This document shows, piece by piece, positions 9,346 to 19,587 of a stretch of DNA of 64,000 bases. The DNA lies in the NCBI GenBank assembly GCA_949082785.1, contig CARVLU010000005.1, positions 2,767 to 66,766 on the forward strand, read 5' to 3'. The notes beneath the pieces are model-generated. The model had not been told where the DNA came from. It did no database searches and was given only the letters and a program-made list of their open reading frames with translations. The stretch is from an uncultured Alphaproteobacteria bacterium. GTDB taxonomy: Bacteria > Pseudomonadota > Alphaproteobacteria > Rs-D84. Each line of letters begins with the position of its first letter. Positions within the stretch are counted from its first letter, which is position 1. The translations under genes and the position numbers were made by a program.

Positions 9346-10077
9346 TTATTTATTTGGCACCCATTCGCACACAATGGTCGCGTGTTCAACACCATCTGTC
9401 ATAATCCGATGCCGGCTGATGCAATCGCGACAGGCAACATCCACGATAACCTGGGGCTGGTCGGGACGAATTTCTTTCTTGAAATTCAGTTCGATGCGGC
9501 GCAGCTGATGCTGATTGCGGAATGGAAAGCCAACGCTTTCCGTTGCCCACACGGCATAGACGGCGTTGTTAATATGCTGATTCACATCGACATCGTCATA
9601 TCGGCACTTCATCACGTGTGATTTTTCCGGCACAAAATCCGGATGCCGGTCAAACGTGCGGTCCCATGCGCGTGCCGCCACCACATCCCAATGCGGCAAA
9701 TAATCCGCCAGACGCAGCGGCCGGCGCCGCGCCACATCAATCAAAATCCACTGTGACGTTGCCCGCACCATCAAACGCCCGTCCGCCCCGCGGATTTCAA
9801 AATCACGCGTCGCGCGCAGCGCATCTTGGACCGACGGCCACGTGGTGAACGTCAATTCTTCGGATTCGTTGGGCATTTCAATGATATCGACATAATAATG
9901 CGTCACGACCCAGGCCACATCATGGGCCAGACAGTACGACCGCCCCACCCCCAGAATTTCGGCATGATCATCGGCCAATGCCTGTAATTCATTCATCAAA
10001 ATCAGCGGCCGCACATGCCCGTATCGGTCACATTGATACGTCCGCAGGGCATGTGTGCGCGACAATTTTTCCGTCAT
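9346..10077 (-). CDS. Acyl-ACP thioesterase family protein
   Basis: 243 aa. Double hot-dog thioesterase-like sequence (YQCDRYGHVRPLILMNELQ ... DVAWVVTHYYVDI ... DVNQHINNAVY). Confidence 0.7.
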   Translation of the reverse strand: MTEKLSRTHALRTYQCDRYGHVRPLILMNELQALADDHAEILGVGRSYCLAHDVAWVVTHYYVDIIEMPNESEELTFTTWPSVQDALRATRDFEIRGADGRLMVRATSQWILIDVARRRPLRLADYLPHWDVVAARAWDRTFDRHPDFVPEKSHVMKCRYDDVDVNQHINNAVYAVWATESVGFPFRNQHQLRRIELNFKKEIRPDQPQVIVDVACRDCISRHRIMTDGVEHATIVCEWVPNK

Positions 10078-10083
10078 AATTGA

Positions 10084-12486
10084 TTACCCCTGAACATTTT
10101 GCGCAACGACAAAGTCAATTTCATCACCGGTCTGGATATCCATGGCGCGCGCCGCAGATTTAATCAGGCCATGCAACGCCGCCGGCGTCGCGGCCGGAAT
10201 GGTCAAACGTTCCAGCTTGGCGCCGTTGCCAACCTTGCGTTCTGTGCGCAGACCACGCACCGATTTCAAGATGTCCAGTGCGATTTGCATATCGGCCACA
10301 TCTGTGTTGTATTCGTCCATCACGCGCGGATACGCCGTCAGATGCAGTGTTTGGCCCCCTTCGAACGGCTGATAAATCTTTTGCCACAATTCTTCGGTGA
10401 TAAACGGGATGAACGGCGCGTACAGTCCCAAAATCGCGCGCAGAACCGTCCACAGCGTCCACTGGGCGGACAGCTTGGATTGCGCGCTGTATTTTTCCGG
10501 GGACCAGAACCGGTCCTTGATAAATTCCAGATACTGGTCGCAAAAGATATCGTAAAAGAACGTGTCAATCGCCGCGCGGGAATTATAATTATCGTATTTA
10601 TCCAAATTCCGACGAACGTCGGCCACCGCCCGATTTAATTCGGACAATACCCATCTGTCTTCGATAAAGCGGTCGGCAACCGCCACCGGCGCGGATGCGA
10701 CCGGGTCAAAGTCCGCCAAATTCATCAGAACGTATTTCGATGCATTCCACAGTTTCGTCAGCAGTTTTGAACCACGCTTTACTTCGTCATCACTGTAACG
10801 GATGTCGGTCCCAATCGGCGCGGTCGCAATCCAGTACCGCAACGCATCCGCACCGAATTTTTCCACCGTTTCCAGCGGGTCCGTGCCGTTACCCTTGGTC
10901 TTGGACATTTTTTGCCCCTTGCTGTCGCGGACCAGACCGTGGAAATTAACCGTGTGGAACGGGACATCGCCCATGATGTAAATCCCCATCATGACCATGC
11001 GTGCCACCCAGAAAAAGATGATATCCGGCCCCGTATATAGCAAATCCGTCGGGTAATATTTGGCCAGTTCCGGCGTCTGTTCCGGCCAACCCAATGTTGA
11101 AAACGGCCACATCCCGGATGAAAACCAGGTGTCCAAACACGATGTTTCACGTGTCAGCTGTTTGCCACCGGATTGTTTGATGGCGTCCGCTTCGGTTTCC
11201 GCGACATAGATGTTGCCGTCCGCATCGTACCATGCCGGGATTTGATGCCCCCACCACAGCTGGCGCGAAATGGACCATTCATGAATATCTTTCATCCATG
11301 CCATAAACAGGTTATAGCGGTGTTCGGGCATGAATTTGATTTTACCAGATTCCACCGCGGCAATGGCGGGTGCGGCCAATTTTTTGGCATCGACGAACCA
11401 TTCGTCGCGCACCATGTATTCAACAACCACCCCACCGCGTTCGGAATACGGGGTCGGAATAACCTTGTCTTCGATTTTAATCAACAGACCCGCCGCATCA
11501 ATATCCGCAATGATTTGCGCACGCGCGGCAAAGCGGTCCATCCCACGGTATTTTTCCGGCACCTGGGGAATCGCAGCCATCTTGGCATCGTTGGTCAAAA
11601 CGCATACCGCATCCAGATTGTGGCGCGCGCCAACCGCCCAGTCATCCTTGTCATGGGCGGGGGTGATTTTCACGGCGCCGGTCCCCTTGGCCGGGTCGGC
11701 ATGAATGTCGGCAATCACCGGGATTTCAATATCGGTCAGCGGGATAATCGCCGTGCGGCCAATCAAGTGTTTTAAATTTTCATTGTCCGGATGAACGGCA
11801 ATCGCCTGGTCCCCGAACAACGTTTCGGGCCGGGTGGTCGCGATTTCAATCACGCCGCCGTCTTTTAACGGATAATTGAAATAATAAAACTTTCCCTTTT
11901 CATCGCGGACATCAACTTCCAAATCGGAAATGGACGTCTGCTGTTTCGGGCACCAGTTAACCAAACGACGCGCCCGATAAATCAAACCGTCATTGTACAT
12001 CTTGACGAACATCTTAATCACGGCGCGCGACAGACCGTCGTCCATCGTGAACCGTTGGCGCGACCAGGCCGGCGTTGTGCCCAACGTATGCAGCTGGCCA
12101 ACTATCTGGCCACCTTTGTCCGCTTTGTACGCCCAGGCGGCGTCCAGCAATTGTTCATGGGTCAATGCGCGGGGATTAATGCCACGCTTGGACAAATCAC
12201 GTTCCACCATCAACTGCATCGCGATTGACGCATGGTCGGTCCCCGGTTGCCACAACACATCGTATCCATCCATGCGTTTGTACCGACAAATAATATCGGT
12301 CAACACATTATCCAACGCATGCCCCATATGCAGATTGCCCGTGACGTTCGGCGGCGGCATCATGATACAAAACGGTTTTTTATCCGATGTTACATCATTT
12401 TCCCAAAAACAATTTTTATCCCAGAATTCCTGAATCCGGGTTTCGATTTCACGCGCGTTGATATTTTTGCCAAGTTCGATATTCAT
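10084..12486 (-). CDS. valS: Valine--tRNA ligase
   Basis: 800 aa. Contains PPPNVTGNLHMGHAL (HIGH), KMSKTKGN (KMSKS) and a ValRS-type CP1/editing region (WCPKQQTSISDLEV). Confidence 0.93.
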   Translation of the reverse strand: MNIELGKNINAREIETRIQEFWDKNCFWENDVTSDKKPFCIMMPPPNVTGNLHMGHALDNVLTDIICRYKRMDGYDVLWQPGTDHASIAMQLMVERDLSKRGINPRALTHEQLLDAAWAYKADKGGQIVGQLHTLGTTPAWSRQRFTMDDGLSRAVIKMFVKMYNDGLIYRARRLVNWCPKQQTSISDLEVDVRDEKGKFYYFNYPLKDGGVIEIATTRPETLFGDQAIAVHPDNENLKHLIGRTAIIPLTDIEIPVIADIHADPAKGTGAVKITPAHDKDDWAVGARHNLDAVCVLTNDAKMAAIPQVPEKYRGMDRFAARAQIIADIDAAGLLIKIEDKVIPTPYSERGGVVVEYMVRDEWFVDAKKLAAPAIAAVESGKIKFMPEHRYNLFMAWMKDIHEWSISRQLWWGHQIPAWYDADGNIYVAETEADAIKQSGGKQLTRETSCLDTWFSSGMWPFSTLGWPEQTPELAKYYPTDLLYTGPDIIFFWVARMVMMGIYIMGDVPFHTVNFHGLVRDSKGQKMSKTKGNGTDPLETVEKFGADALRYWIATAPIGTDIRYSDDEVKRGSKLLTKLWNASKYVLMNLADFDPVASAPVAVADRFIEDRWVLSELNRAVADVRRNLDKYDNYNSRAAIDTFFYDIFCDQYLEFIKDRFWSPEKYSAQSKLSAQWTLWTVLRAILGLYAPFIPFITEELWQKIYQPFEGGQTLHLTAYPRVMDEYNTDVADMQIALDILKSVRGLRTERKVGNGAKLERLTIPAATPAALHGLIKSAARAMDIQTGDEIDFVVAQNVQG

Positions 12487-12489
12487 TTT

Positions 12490-13002
12490 TTATTTCCCCG
12501 TGGACGGCGTCCAGTTTTGTGTATTTAAATTCTGTAATTCGGCGGGCAATTTTTCCCCATCCAGCGGGCGCCAGGTTTGCGTCCGGCCAAACGGCCCGAT
12601 TTTCCCACGCACGTTCAGCGCCGCCCCATCGCGCCAGATAACGGACGAATAAACCTTGCCCGATTGGGGGTCCATGATTTTGCCATCCCCCCACCTGTTG
12701 TCATCGGCGTCCCATTGCATCCCCCAGATGATGTCCAACCCCACAAATTTGGGCGCACCGGTGACGTGCGACGCAACGCGTACGGGATTTTTCACCGTTT
12801 CGGCAATTGTCCCATCCGCCCCGTACAGCGCCACAATACGTCCCGCCAATTGGGCATCACCATATTCATACAGCGCGACAATGGATTTGGGTGTATTCGT
12901 TGCGTCATCAATGGTCTGGTACAATCCGGCATATGGCACCGCCCCAAATGCGGCGCCACCCACCATCATCATTCCCACCAGGGGTAAAAATTTAAAATTC
13001 AT
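12490..13002 (-). CDS. DUF2147-like periplasmic protein
   Basis: Start moved to ATG 13002 (MNFKFLPLVGMMMVGGAAFGA signal peptide). Contains W..GKIMDPQSGKVYSSVIW....LNVRGKIGPFGRTQTW, the DUF2147 signature as I remember it. Confidence 0.65.
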   Translation of the reverse strand: MNFKFLPLVGMMMVGGAAFGAVPYAGLYQTIDDATNTPKSIVALYEYGDAQLAGRIVALYGADGTIAETVKNPVRVASHVTGAPKFVGLDIIWGMQWDADDNRWGDGKIMDPQSGKVYSSVIWRDGAALNVRGKIGPFGRTQTWRPLDGEKLPAELQNLNTQNWTPSTGK

Positions 13003-13146
13003 TCTGTTTGCCTGTAATCTAACCCATAAATCGTACCAGAATAAAATCAAAATTCAAGATTCTTGTGCCAAATGCGGCCGCCTGCGCTTGAAAAAAACAA
13101 CAAAAGTGCTATTTTAAACACCACAATAAAACACAGGACGATTGAC

Positions 13147-13641
13147 ATGACAAAAGTACAGCGTATTAACCCAGACGTGAAAACAAATATCATTGACGCC
13201 ATTCATCACAGTGTTGTCATGGCGTACAACCCGGAAACCGCATCCATCAGCACGCGTATGCACATCGGTCCGGACGATGGAATTTATATCCAGTTGCGCC
13301 CGACCAGCATTCGCATCATTGATGAAAACACGTTACAGGCCGTGCGTATTTTGTCCGTCGCGCCACGCTTTGACACATTGAAACGCAGCGACATTCGTTT
13401 GTTAAAACAATACACCCCGACCACCAACCCGTTAAAGTACGGTTTGCGCGCGGTGCGTAAATTATTTAACAACGGGGCCATGACACGCCGTTATGCCGAC
13501 AACAGTGGCATTGCGCGCGATATTTATGGGCTGTATGCCATCGCACTGGGGCGCGTCGGGAAAAAGCACCCACGTGCCGAATTTAATCAGGCAGAAATCA
13601 TCCGCATTGCGGCATTTCTGCGGGGCGGACACGAACATTAA
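13147..13641 (+). CDS. Hypothetical protein (164 aa)
   Basis: ORF-track frame 13063-13641, with the start moved to ATG 13147 (MTKVQRINPD). No recognised motif. Confidence 0.55.
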   Translation: MTKVQRINPDVKTNIIDAIHHSVVMAYNPETASISTRMHIGPDDGIYIQLRPTSIRIIDENTLQAVRILSVAPRFDTLKRSDIRLLKQYTPTTNPLKYGLRAVRKLFNNGAMTRRYADNSGIARDIYGLYAIALGRVGKKHPRAEFNQAEIIRIAAFLRGGHEH

Positions 13642-14369
13642 ATCGCCCGCACCACACGACAGAATGTGACGCCATATACCGCCGATGCACCCGCCGCGAC
13701 CAAAACGCGGCGTAATTCACGAAACGTTGCGCCGGTTGTCATAACATCATCAACCAACAAAATCACACGGCCCCGAATGCGTTCGGGATGTGTCACGCGA
13801 AACACACCGCGAATATTTTCCGTACGTGCGGCGGCGTTCATATGTCCCATGTCGGGACGATATTTTCTGCGAACACTGGACGTGTCCATCCGTGCGCCCA
13901 AGACTTTGGCAATCGGACGCGCCAGCAGTGCCGCCTGATTATAACCGCGTTTGAACAATCTGCGCCACGCCAGTGGCACCGGCATCACAATATCCACATT
14001 TCCCGGAATCCCGTCCAGTGCGCCAATCATTGCGCGGGACATGATTTTTTGATATTTAATCCGACCGGCATGTTTGAACGGCAACATAATTGTGCGCGAC
14101 ACGTCGTCATAAACACACGCCGCCCGTAACCAGTCCAATTCGTTACGCCCCGCCGCACAGACCGGACACAGCGGCCGCGGTCCCAAATCCAAATCCGCCG
14201 GAAACGGATAACCGCAAATGTGACATTTGGGATTACTTATCCAGTTAAAGCATAACCAACAATCAAAGCACATCGTGCCATGTTCAGACACCGGCGCCCG
14301 GCAAATCGGACAGACGGGTGGGAACAGAAAATCAAGAATCTTGGACATATCAGAAAAAAGACCCGGCAT
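13638..14369 (-). CDS. comF: ComF family phosphoribosyltransferase-like protein
   Basis: 243 aa. N-terminal Cys4 cluster (CPICR...CFDCW...CHICG...CPVC) and PRTase motif ILLVDDVMTTGAT. Confidence 0.85.
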   Translation of the reverse strand: MPGLFSDMSKILDFLFPPVCPICRAPVSEHGTMCFDCWLCFNWISNPKCHICGYPFPADLDLGPRPLCPVCAAGRNELDWLRAACVYDDVSRTIMLPFKHAGRIKYQKIMSRAMIGALDGIPGNVDIVMPVPLAWRRLFKRGYNQAALLARPIAKVLGARMDTSSVRRKYRPDMGHMNAAARTENIRGVFRVTHPERIRGRVILLVDDVMTTGATFRELRRVLVAAGASAVYGVTFCRVVRAI

Positions 14370-14370
14370 A

Positions 14371-15780
14371 TTACCAGGTCATGTTTTTATATGTTTTTTT
14401 GCCAACGGTGTCGCCGAACATGTCACGCTTTTTCTGGGTCAGTGTTTCAAACTGATCACTGGAAATAATGCGCAAGACATAGGCATCTTCGTCCCGCTGG
14501 GCCAATACAGGCATGATACGCTGTTCCGACACGCCGGTATCACGCAAAACCTGTTCCACGATGGCCAAACGACGCGCGGCCAGTTTGCGGTCATCCATAT
14601 CACGTGTCACGCGTTCGGGGATGGACACCTGAATCGCGCGTTTGGGATTGCTGACCACAATGGACGCGTATTCGGACAACAAATTGTAATTTTCCCGCGA
14701 CAGCGACGAATCATCCCCGCGGAATCTGATTTTGATTTCCAGCGGACGCACCCCGCCCGCCTCGGACAGGTCACGCTTGGCGGTGAACCCTTCGACGGTG
14801 CTGGTCAAATCGCTGGCGACATCGAAACGGTCGTCGATTTGGAATGTGGACAGATGCTTGTTTTCCGACAGATATGTTTTCTTGAACGCCTTTTTCAATT
14901 CGGACGGCGACATGCGCGACAAATCATCACGAACGGCGGCAACGCGCGGTTCTTCGGAATGCGTCACCTGGCGAACAACGACATCCTGTTGCATGGGAAC
15001 GACCATGCGGCTGATGGTGATGTCATCGCTGTCGTCTGCAATATCTGCAACCGCGGGCGTGGGTTCGGATTTTTTCGCCACCTGCGCCGCGGGACGCGCC
15101 GTAATGCGCGTGGGGGCCGCGGGAATGTCGGCGGCCGCGATACGTGGGGCGACCGGTGCGCGACGCACGCTTTCGTCCGCCTTTTTCTGTAATTCGACCA
15201 GTTTTGCAATTTCCGCGTCCAACGCGCCACTGCGCGCCGATGCCATGGCCGCTTCATCGGATTTTTTTGGTGCAACCGTCACCGCCGGGGTGGCGACGCG
15301 CGCGGCGGCAACCCTGACCGGTTTTTTATCCAGGCTTTCTTCTGGTAACGCGTCATCGGAACGGATGACGGAAAATTCCTGGGGCTGGGGCAGACGCAAC
15401 GGACTGTCCATTTTGGCCCATAAATCACCACTGGGGCGGCGCGGGGATAAAATATCACCCGGGGCATTGTTGGCCGCAATTTCCGCACCAGTGTCAATGG
15501 ATGTGGTATTGGTGGTTGCGACCGGCGTCACCTTGGCCGGTTGGGACGCACGGGCGACAACCGTCTTTTTCTTTTTTTCGGGCGCAGATGATTCGGATTT
15601 TTTATCCGCACGCGCCAAAGGGGCAACCGTCACAGCCGGCGTCGATTTTACCGGCACATCACCGAACGCCGCACGCGCAGAAACCGCGCCCGCCGCGATA
15701 TTGACCACCGGCAAACGTGCATCGGCCAACGCCGGCACGCACGCAAGCATCGATAAAACAGAAGCTGTGACCAGTCGCAT
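14371..15780 (-). CDS. Secreted protein with divergent OmpA/MotB-like C-terminal domain and PRRPSGDLW motif
   Basis: 469 aa. Signal peptide MRLVTASVLSMLACVPALA. Repeated TPAVTVAP. The C-terminus LEIKIRFRGDDSSLSRENYNLLSEYA...RKLAARRLAIVEQVLRDTGVSEQRI resembles OmpA_C. Confidence 0.7.
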   Translation of the reverse strand: MRLVTASVLSMLACVPALADARLPVVNIAAGAVSARAAFGDVPVKSTPAVTVAPLARADKKSESSAPEKKKKTVVARASQPAKVTPVATTNTTSIDTGAEIAANNAPGDILSPRRPSGDLWAKMDSPLRLPQPQEFSVIRSDDALPEESLDKKPVRVAAARVATPAVTVAPKKSDEAAMASARSGALDAEIAKLVELQKKADESVRRAPVAPRIAAADIPAAPTRITARPAAQVAKKSEPTPAVADIADDSDDITISRMVVPMQQDVVVRQVTHSEEPRVAAVRDDLSRMSPSELKKAFKKTYLSENKHLSTFQIDDRFDVASDLTSTVEGFTAKRDLSEAGGVRPLEIKIRFRGDDSSLSRENYNLLSEYASIVVSNPKRAIQVSIPERVTRDMDDRKLAARRLAIVEQVLRDTGVSEQRIMPVLAQRDEDAYVLRIISSDQFETLTQKKRDMFGDTVGKKTYKNMTW

Positions 15781-15851
15781 AATTCCTTTCCTTCTGTCCT
15801 AATCATAGAACAAATGACGAATCACAGGCAAGCGGAAAAATCAGTCTGAAA

Positions 15852-16898
15852 TTATTTTGTTATTTCGGCGACAATTAATTCGACGGCATGGTTGGGCACG
15901 CATGCCTTTTGCGCCATTTTGACCAGACGTGACGGATTATCGAACAGTTCCGACAATGTCGCCGTCAACCATTTTGGCGTGAACTGCGTTTGGGGCACGG
16001 CAAACCCGCCGCCCAGTTTTGCGAACGCCGCTGCGTTGGCCGCCTGGTCTGGGTTAATGGCCAGTGGGACAAAAATCGCGGGCCGCCCAACGGTTTCCAA
16101 TTCCACAACCGTGCTGGCCCCGCTGCGTCCGATGACCAAATCGGCCCCGATGACCGCGCCCGCCATATCGTGGATAAAGGACAGGACATTCGCCTTTATC
16201 TTGTTATCGGCATAAAATTTTTGCAGACGCGCAACATTTTCCGGGCGCGTTTGATGGGTGATGAAAATCTTCTTGTTCTTTATCGCGGCGATGGCAACGG
16301 GGACGACATCATCCAAAATCTGGGCCCCCAGCGACCCGCCCGTCACCAGCAACCGCGACGCCCCCGGGATGGGTGATGCAGCGGCATTTAAAAATTCACG
16401 GCGCACCGGCAACCCGGTATAAACGACATTCGTCCGCCCCCCGGCCGGGATCCCCGCAACATCCGGGAAACTGGTCATCAGTGTCCGCACCCAGCGCAAC
16501 GCGAATTTATTCGCACGCCCAATTGCCGCGTTTTGTTCATGCAGCAATGTCGGCACACGCCACAGATGCGCGGCAAAGACCGCCGGCACCGACGCATACC
16601 CGCCAAAGGCCACCACCCGGTCGGGCCGCGCCACCATAAAGCGCAACGTCAACCCCATCGCTGACACCCCGATTTTAAACAGGGCCCACATCTGCTTTAC
16701 CTTGCTTTTTGCACCAACGCCCGACGCCCAGACATGCGCCATGCGCGCGCCCGCGGGGCGTCCCGCCGCCACCATCTGGCGCACGCGACCATCGCACGAA
16801 ATTGTAATCCGATGACCGCGGCGCGCCAATTCATCCGCCACACTTAACGCTGGGAACACATGCCCGCCGGTTCCACCTGTTGCAATCCAAATTTTCAT
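15852..16898 (-). CDS. murG: UDP-GlcNAc:lipid I N-acetylglucosaminyltransferase MurG
   Basis: 348 aa. Begins MKIWIATGGTGGHVFPALSVADEL. Lies downstream of ftsW. Confidence 0.93.
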   Translation of the reverse strand: MKIWIATGGTGGHVFPALSVADELARRGHRITISCDGRVRQMVAAGRPAGARMAHVWASGVGAKSKVKQMWALFKIGVSAMGLTLRFMVARPDRVVAFGGYASVPAVFAAHLWRVPTLLHEQNAAIGRANKFALRWVRTLMTSFPDVAGIPAGGRTNVVYTGLPVRREFLNAAASPIPGASRLLVTGGSLGAQILDDVVPVAIAAIKNKKIFITHQTRPENVARLQKFYADNKIKANVLSFIHDMAGAVIGADLVIGRSGASTVVELETVGRPAIFVPLAINPDQAANAAAFAKLGGGFAVPQTQFTPKWLTATLSELFDNPSRLVKMAQKACVPNHAVELIVAEITK

Positions 16899-16925
16899 GA
16901 ATACCCCACCCTTGGTTAAAAAACA

Positions 16926-18065
16926 CTATTTCCATTTATCTTCGCGGATAACGGCCAGAATCATACCGAACAGCAAACAGAACGACACAAACGAACTGCC
17001 CCCGTATGAAATGAATGGCAACGTCATTCCCTTTGGCGCGAACAGATGCAGCGCCGACATCATATTAATGCACACCTGGGTCCCGAACAGTGCGGCCGTC
17101 CCACTGGCGGCATAGAACACAAACGGGTCGCGCGCCGACAGTGCGTTTGTAAACAACCGCTTTAACACATACAGCAACGCGCACAGCAACGCGCACGCGA
17201 CGATGGCGCCGCTGTCTTCGGCGATGGCGGAAAAAACAAAGTCCGTATGCGCGTCGGGCAACGATTGTTTGACAAAGGCGTCGTCTCCACTGCCCAGCAA
17301 TCCCCCATGCTGAATGGATTGAATGGATTGGCGAATCTGGTAATCGTCGCCCGTCCCGGTAAAGAACGACATAATACGGTTATGCACGTGCGACATGGTA
17401 AAGAACGCGAACGTCCCGACCACCGCCACGCATCCGATTAACACCGGAATAATCACCAGCGGTAATCCCGCCATAAACAGCATCGATGACAGCACCAAGA
17501 AATACAGCATGGACGTCCCCAAATCGGGATGCGTCAGAATAATCAGGAACGCCGGCACAAACACCGCCAGATATGGCCACCAGCTGAGCCACCGCAAACG
17601 CCACGCTTCGCGGTTAAAGAAGATGTTGCCGCCAAACTTTTCCTTCATCGTGGCCAAGAACCACGCGGTAATCATGATAAATCCGGGCTTCATCATATCC
17701 GACGGCATGACGCTGACAAATCCCAAATCGACCCATCGGTTACTGCCCTTGACCGCGGCGGGCGCGACCAGCGTCACCAGCAACAGCAACAGACACGCCG
17801 CCACATCCATGGCCGACAACCGCAACACCCATTTTTTATTCAGACTGCTGGCCACGAACAGCGTCACCAACCCAATCCCGTAAAACGGCAAGGCCTTTAA
17901 TATAAAGAAATGCCACGGCATACCGATACGTTCGGCGGCCACACTGCCGGCGGACACCATGGCCCACATGCCGATAAAAATCAACCCCACCAGACACCAC
18001 ATCAGGCGCCGGTCGATTTCAAAATACCAGCTGGTCAGTTTGCTTTCTTCTGTTCGTTTTAACAT
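16926..18065 (-). CDS. ftsW: SEDS family peptidoglycan polymerase FtsW
   Basis: 379 aa polytopic protein. FtsW/RodA signature region (PDAHTDFVFSAIAEDSG ... TLPFISYGGSS). Lies between mraY and murG. Confidence 0.9.
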   Translation of the reverse strand: MLKRTEESKLTSWYFEIDRRLMWCLVGLIFIGMWAMVSAGSVAAERIGMPWHFFILKALPFYGIGLVTLFVASSLNKKWVLRLSAMDVAACLLLLLVTLVAPAAVKGSNRWVDLGFVSVMPSDMMKPGFIMITAWFLATMKEKFGGNIFFNREAWRLRWLSWWPYLAVFVPAFLIILTHPDLGTSMLYFLVLSSMLFMAGLPLVIIPVLIGCVAVVGTFAFFTMSHVHNRIMSFFTGTGDDYQIRQSIQSIQHGGLLGSGDDAFVKQSLPDAHTDFVFSAIAEDSGAIVACALLCALLYVLKRLFTNALSARDPFVFYAASGTAALFGTQVCINMMSALHLFAPKGMTLPFISYGGSSFVSFCLLFGMILAVIREDKWK

Positions 18066-18084
18066 ACCCCGGGCCCGTCGTTTA

Positions 18085-19173
18085 TTACGCGAATTTCAAC
18101 AATACCAACGCCAATCCCGAAAACAGAACCGACACAATGAAAAAGCGTTCAACAATCTTGGATTCGGTCCACCCCAGTTCTTCGAAATGGTGATGCAGGG
18201 GCGCGCGACGGAAAATCCGGCGACCGGTTCCCGTCATGCGGCGCGTGATTTTAAAGAACATTGTCTGCACGAACGACGACAACAGTATCAGCACCATCAT
18301 CCCCGCCGCAATACCCATAATGATTTCGGATTTCAACAGCATGGCGACCGTACCCATAAATCCGCCCAGCGCCAATGAACCCACATCCCCCATAAAGATG
18401 GACGCCGGTCGTGAATTGTACCATAAAAACCCCAGCACCGCGCCAAATGCCGCCCCCAGCACCGCGTACAAACCGCTGGCCGTTGGCAAAAACATGACCG
18501 TATCCATAAATCCGATACGCGTCGCCCCATACAGCGCAACCACCAGAACAATCAACACCGGCAAATACAGTTTCGCCAGCATGCCGTCCAGACCGTCTGT
18601 AATATTGGTGGCGTTGGCCGACCCACAGATAACGAAATACGCAAATACAAAGTAAAACAGCCCCAGCGGCAAAATGATTCCAAACGGCAGTGCCAGCGAC
18701 CATTCCGGAATATATGGGGGCATTGTGCGATTAATCAGATACGCCAAGGCGACGACGCACACCCCTTCCAGTGTTAACCGCATCAGCGGGGACAGACCAT
18801 TGGCGGCCTTTTTCGATTGGGACGTCACTTTTTTAAAATCATCGGCAAAACCGATTAACCCAAACAGCGCCAGCGCCAACAACGCAATCCATCCCGTCGG
18901 ATTGTGCATCGGCATGAACAAAATGCTGGGGATAATAATGGCAACCAACAGCAAAATCCCGCCCATGGTCGGGGTGCCGGCCTTTTTCAAATGTTGTGTT
19001 GGGACATTTTCACTGATGGGCTGTCCCTTTTTCTGCCAGGCGCGCATCGCGCGAATAAACGGCCGCCCAAATATCAGCATAATCAGAAACGACAACCCGA
19101 ACGCCGCCGCAAACTGCATCCAACCACTGGCGAAAAAAGTGTAACCATGACGTAATAAATAATCAGTCAGCAT
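18085..19173 (-). CDS. mraY: Phospho-N-acetylmuramoyl-pentapeptide transferase MraY
   Basis: 362 aa. Contains GTPTMGGILLL, NATNITDGLDGM, FMGDVGSLALGG and PLHHHFE motifs. Confidence 0.95.
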   Translation of the reverse strand: MLTDYLLRHGYTFFASGWMQFAAAFGLSFLIMLIFGRPFIRAMRAWQKKGQPISENVPTQHLKKAGTPTMGGILLLVAIIIPSILFMPMHNPTGWIALLALALFGLIGFADDFKKVTSQSKKAANGLSPLMRLTLEGVCVVALAYLINRTMPPYIPEWSLALPFGIILPLGLFYFVFAYFVICGSANATNITDGLDGMLAKLYLPVLIVLVVALYGATRIGFMDTVMFLPTASGLYAVLGAAFGAVLGFLWYNSRPASIFMGDVGSLALGGFMGTVAMLLKSEIIMGIAAGMMVLILLSSFVQTMFFKITRRMTGTGRRIFRRAPLHHHFEELGWTESKIVERFFIVSVLFSGLALVLLKFA

Positions 19174-19228
19174 AAAAATCCCCTTTCTATGCTGACCATT
19201 TTATCACAAAGAAATCGCAAAATAAATG

Positions 19229-19531
19229 TTATTTCGCGTCACAAACAAATGATTCTTCGTCATTTAAAAACATGGACCATTCGTCCCCCCGCCCCCACAA
19301 AGTAACGGTAATATCGTTCAATACACCCTGGTACCGGGCGCCCGATGCGGAAACCACGCGTTTCAGTGTCATGGCGTCCCCGTTAATATTGGCGTTCATC
19401 GTATCGCCGTCGTCCGCAAACGTCATTTCCACGCGGTATCCCCCGCATTGACGCACCAAAACATCATCCGCCGCCCGGTCACACGCGCCCAAGGCCGCCA
19501 GCACAAACATCCCCAACAAAAATTTTTTCAT
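19229..19531 (-). CDS. mliC: MliC-like lipoprotein (C-type lysozyme inhibitor family)
   Basis: Start moved to ATG 19531. Lipobox LAALGAC. Conserved SASGARY loop and flanking Cys pair, as in E. coli MliC. Confidence 0.75.
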   Translation of the reverse strand: MKKFLLGMFVLAALGACDRAADDVLVRQCGGYRVEMTFADDGDTMNANINGDAMTLKRVVSASGARYQGVLNDITVTLWGRGDEWSMFLNDEESFVCDAK

Positions 19532-19587
19532 AATAAATGGCCCCCCTTTGGGGACCATTATATCATATTGCGGATACAAAATTCACA

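Noticed and set aside
10084-12486. valS looks short (800 aa) and might be truncated or a pseudogene.
   Set aside because: The HIGH and KMSKS motifs and the editing region are intact, and the ORF is uninterrupted and tightly packed with its neighbours. The missing part is probably only the C-terminal coiled-coil extension, which I cannot evaluate without an alignment.
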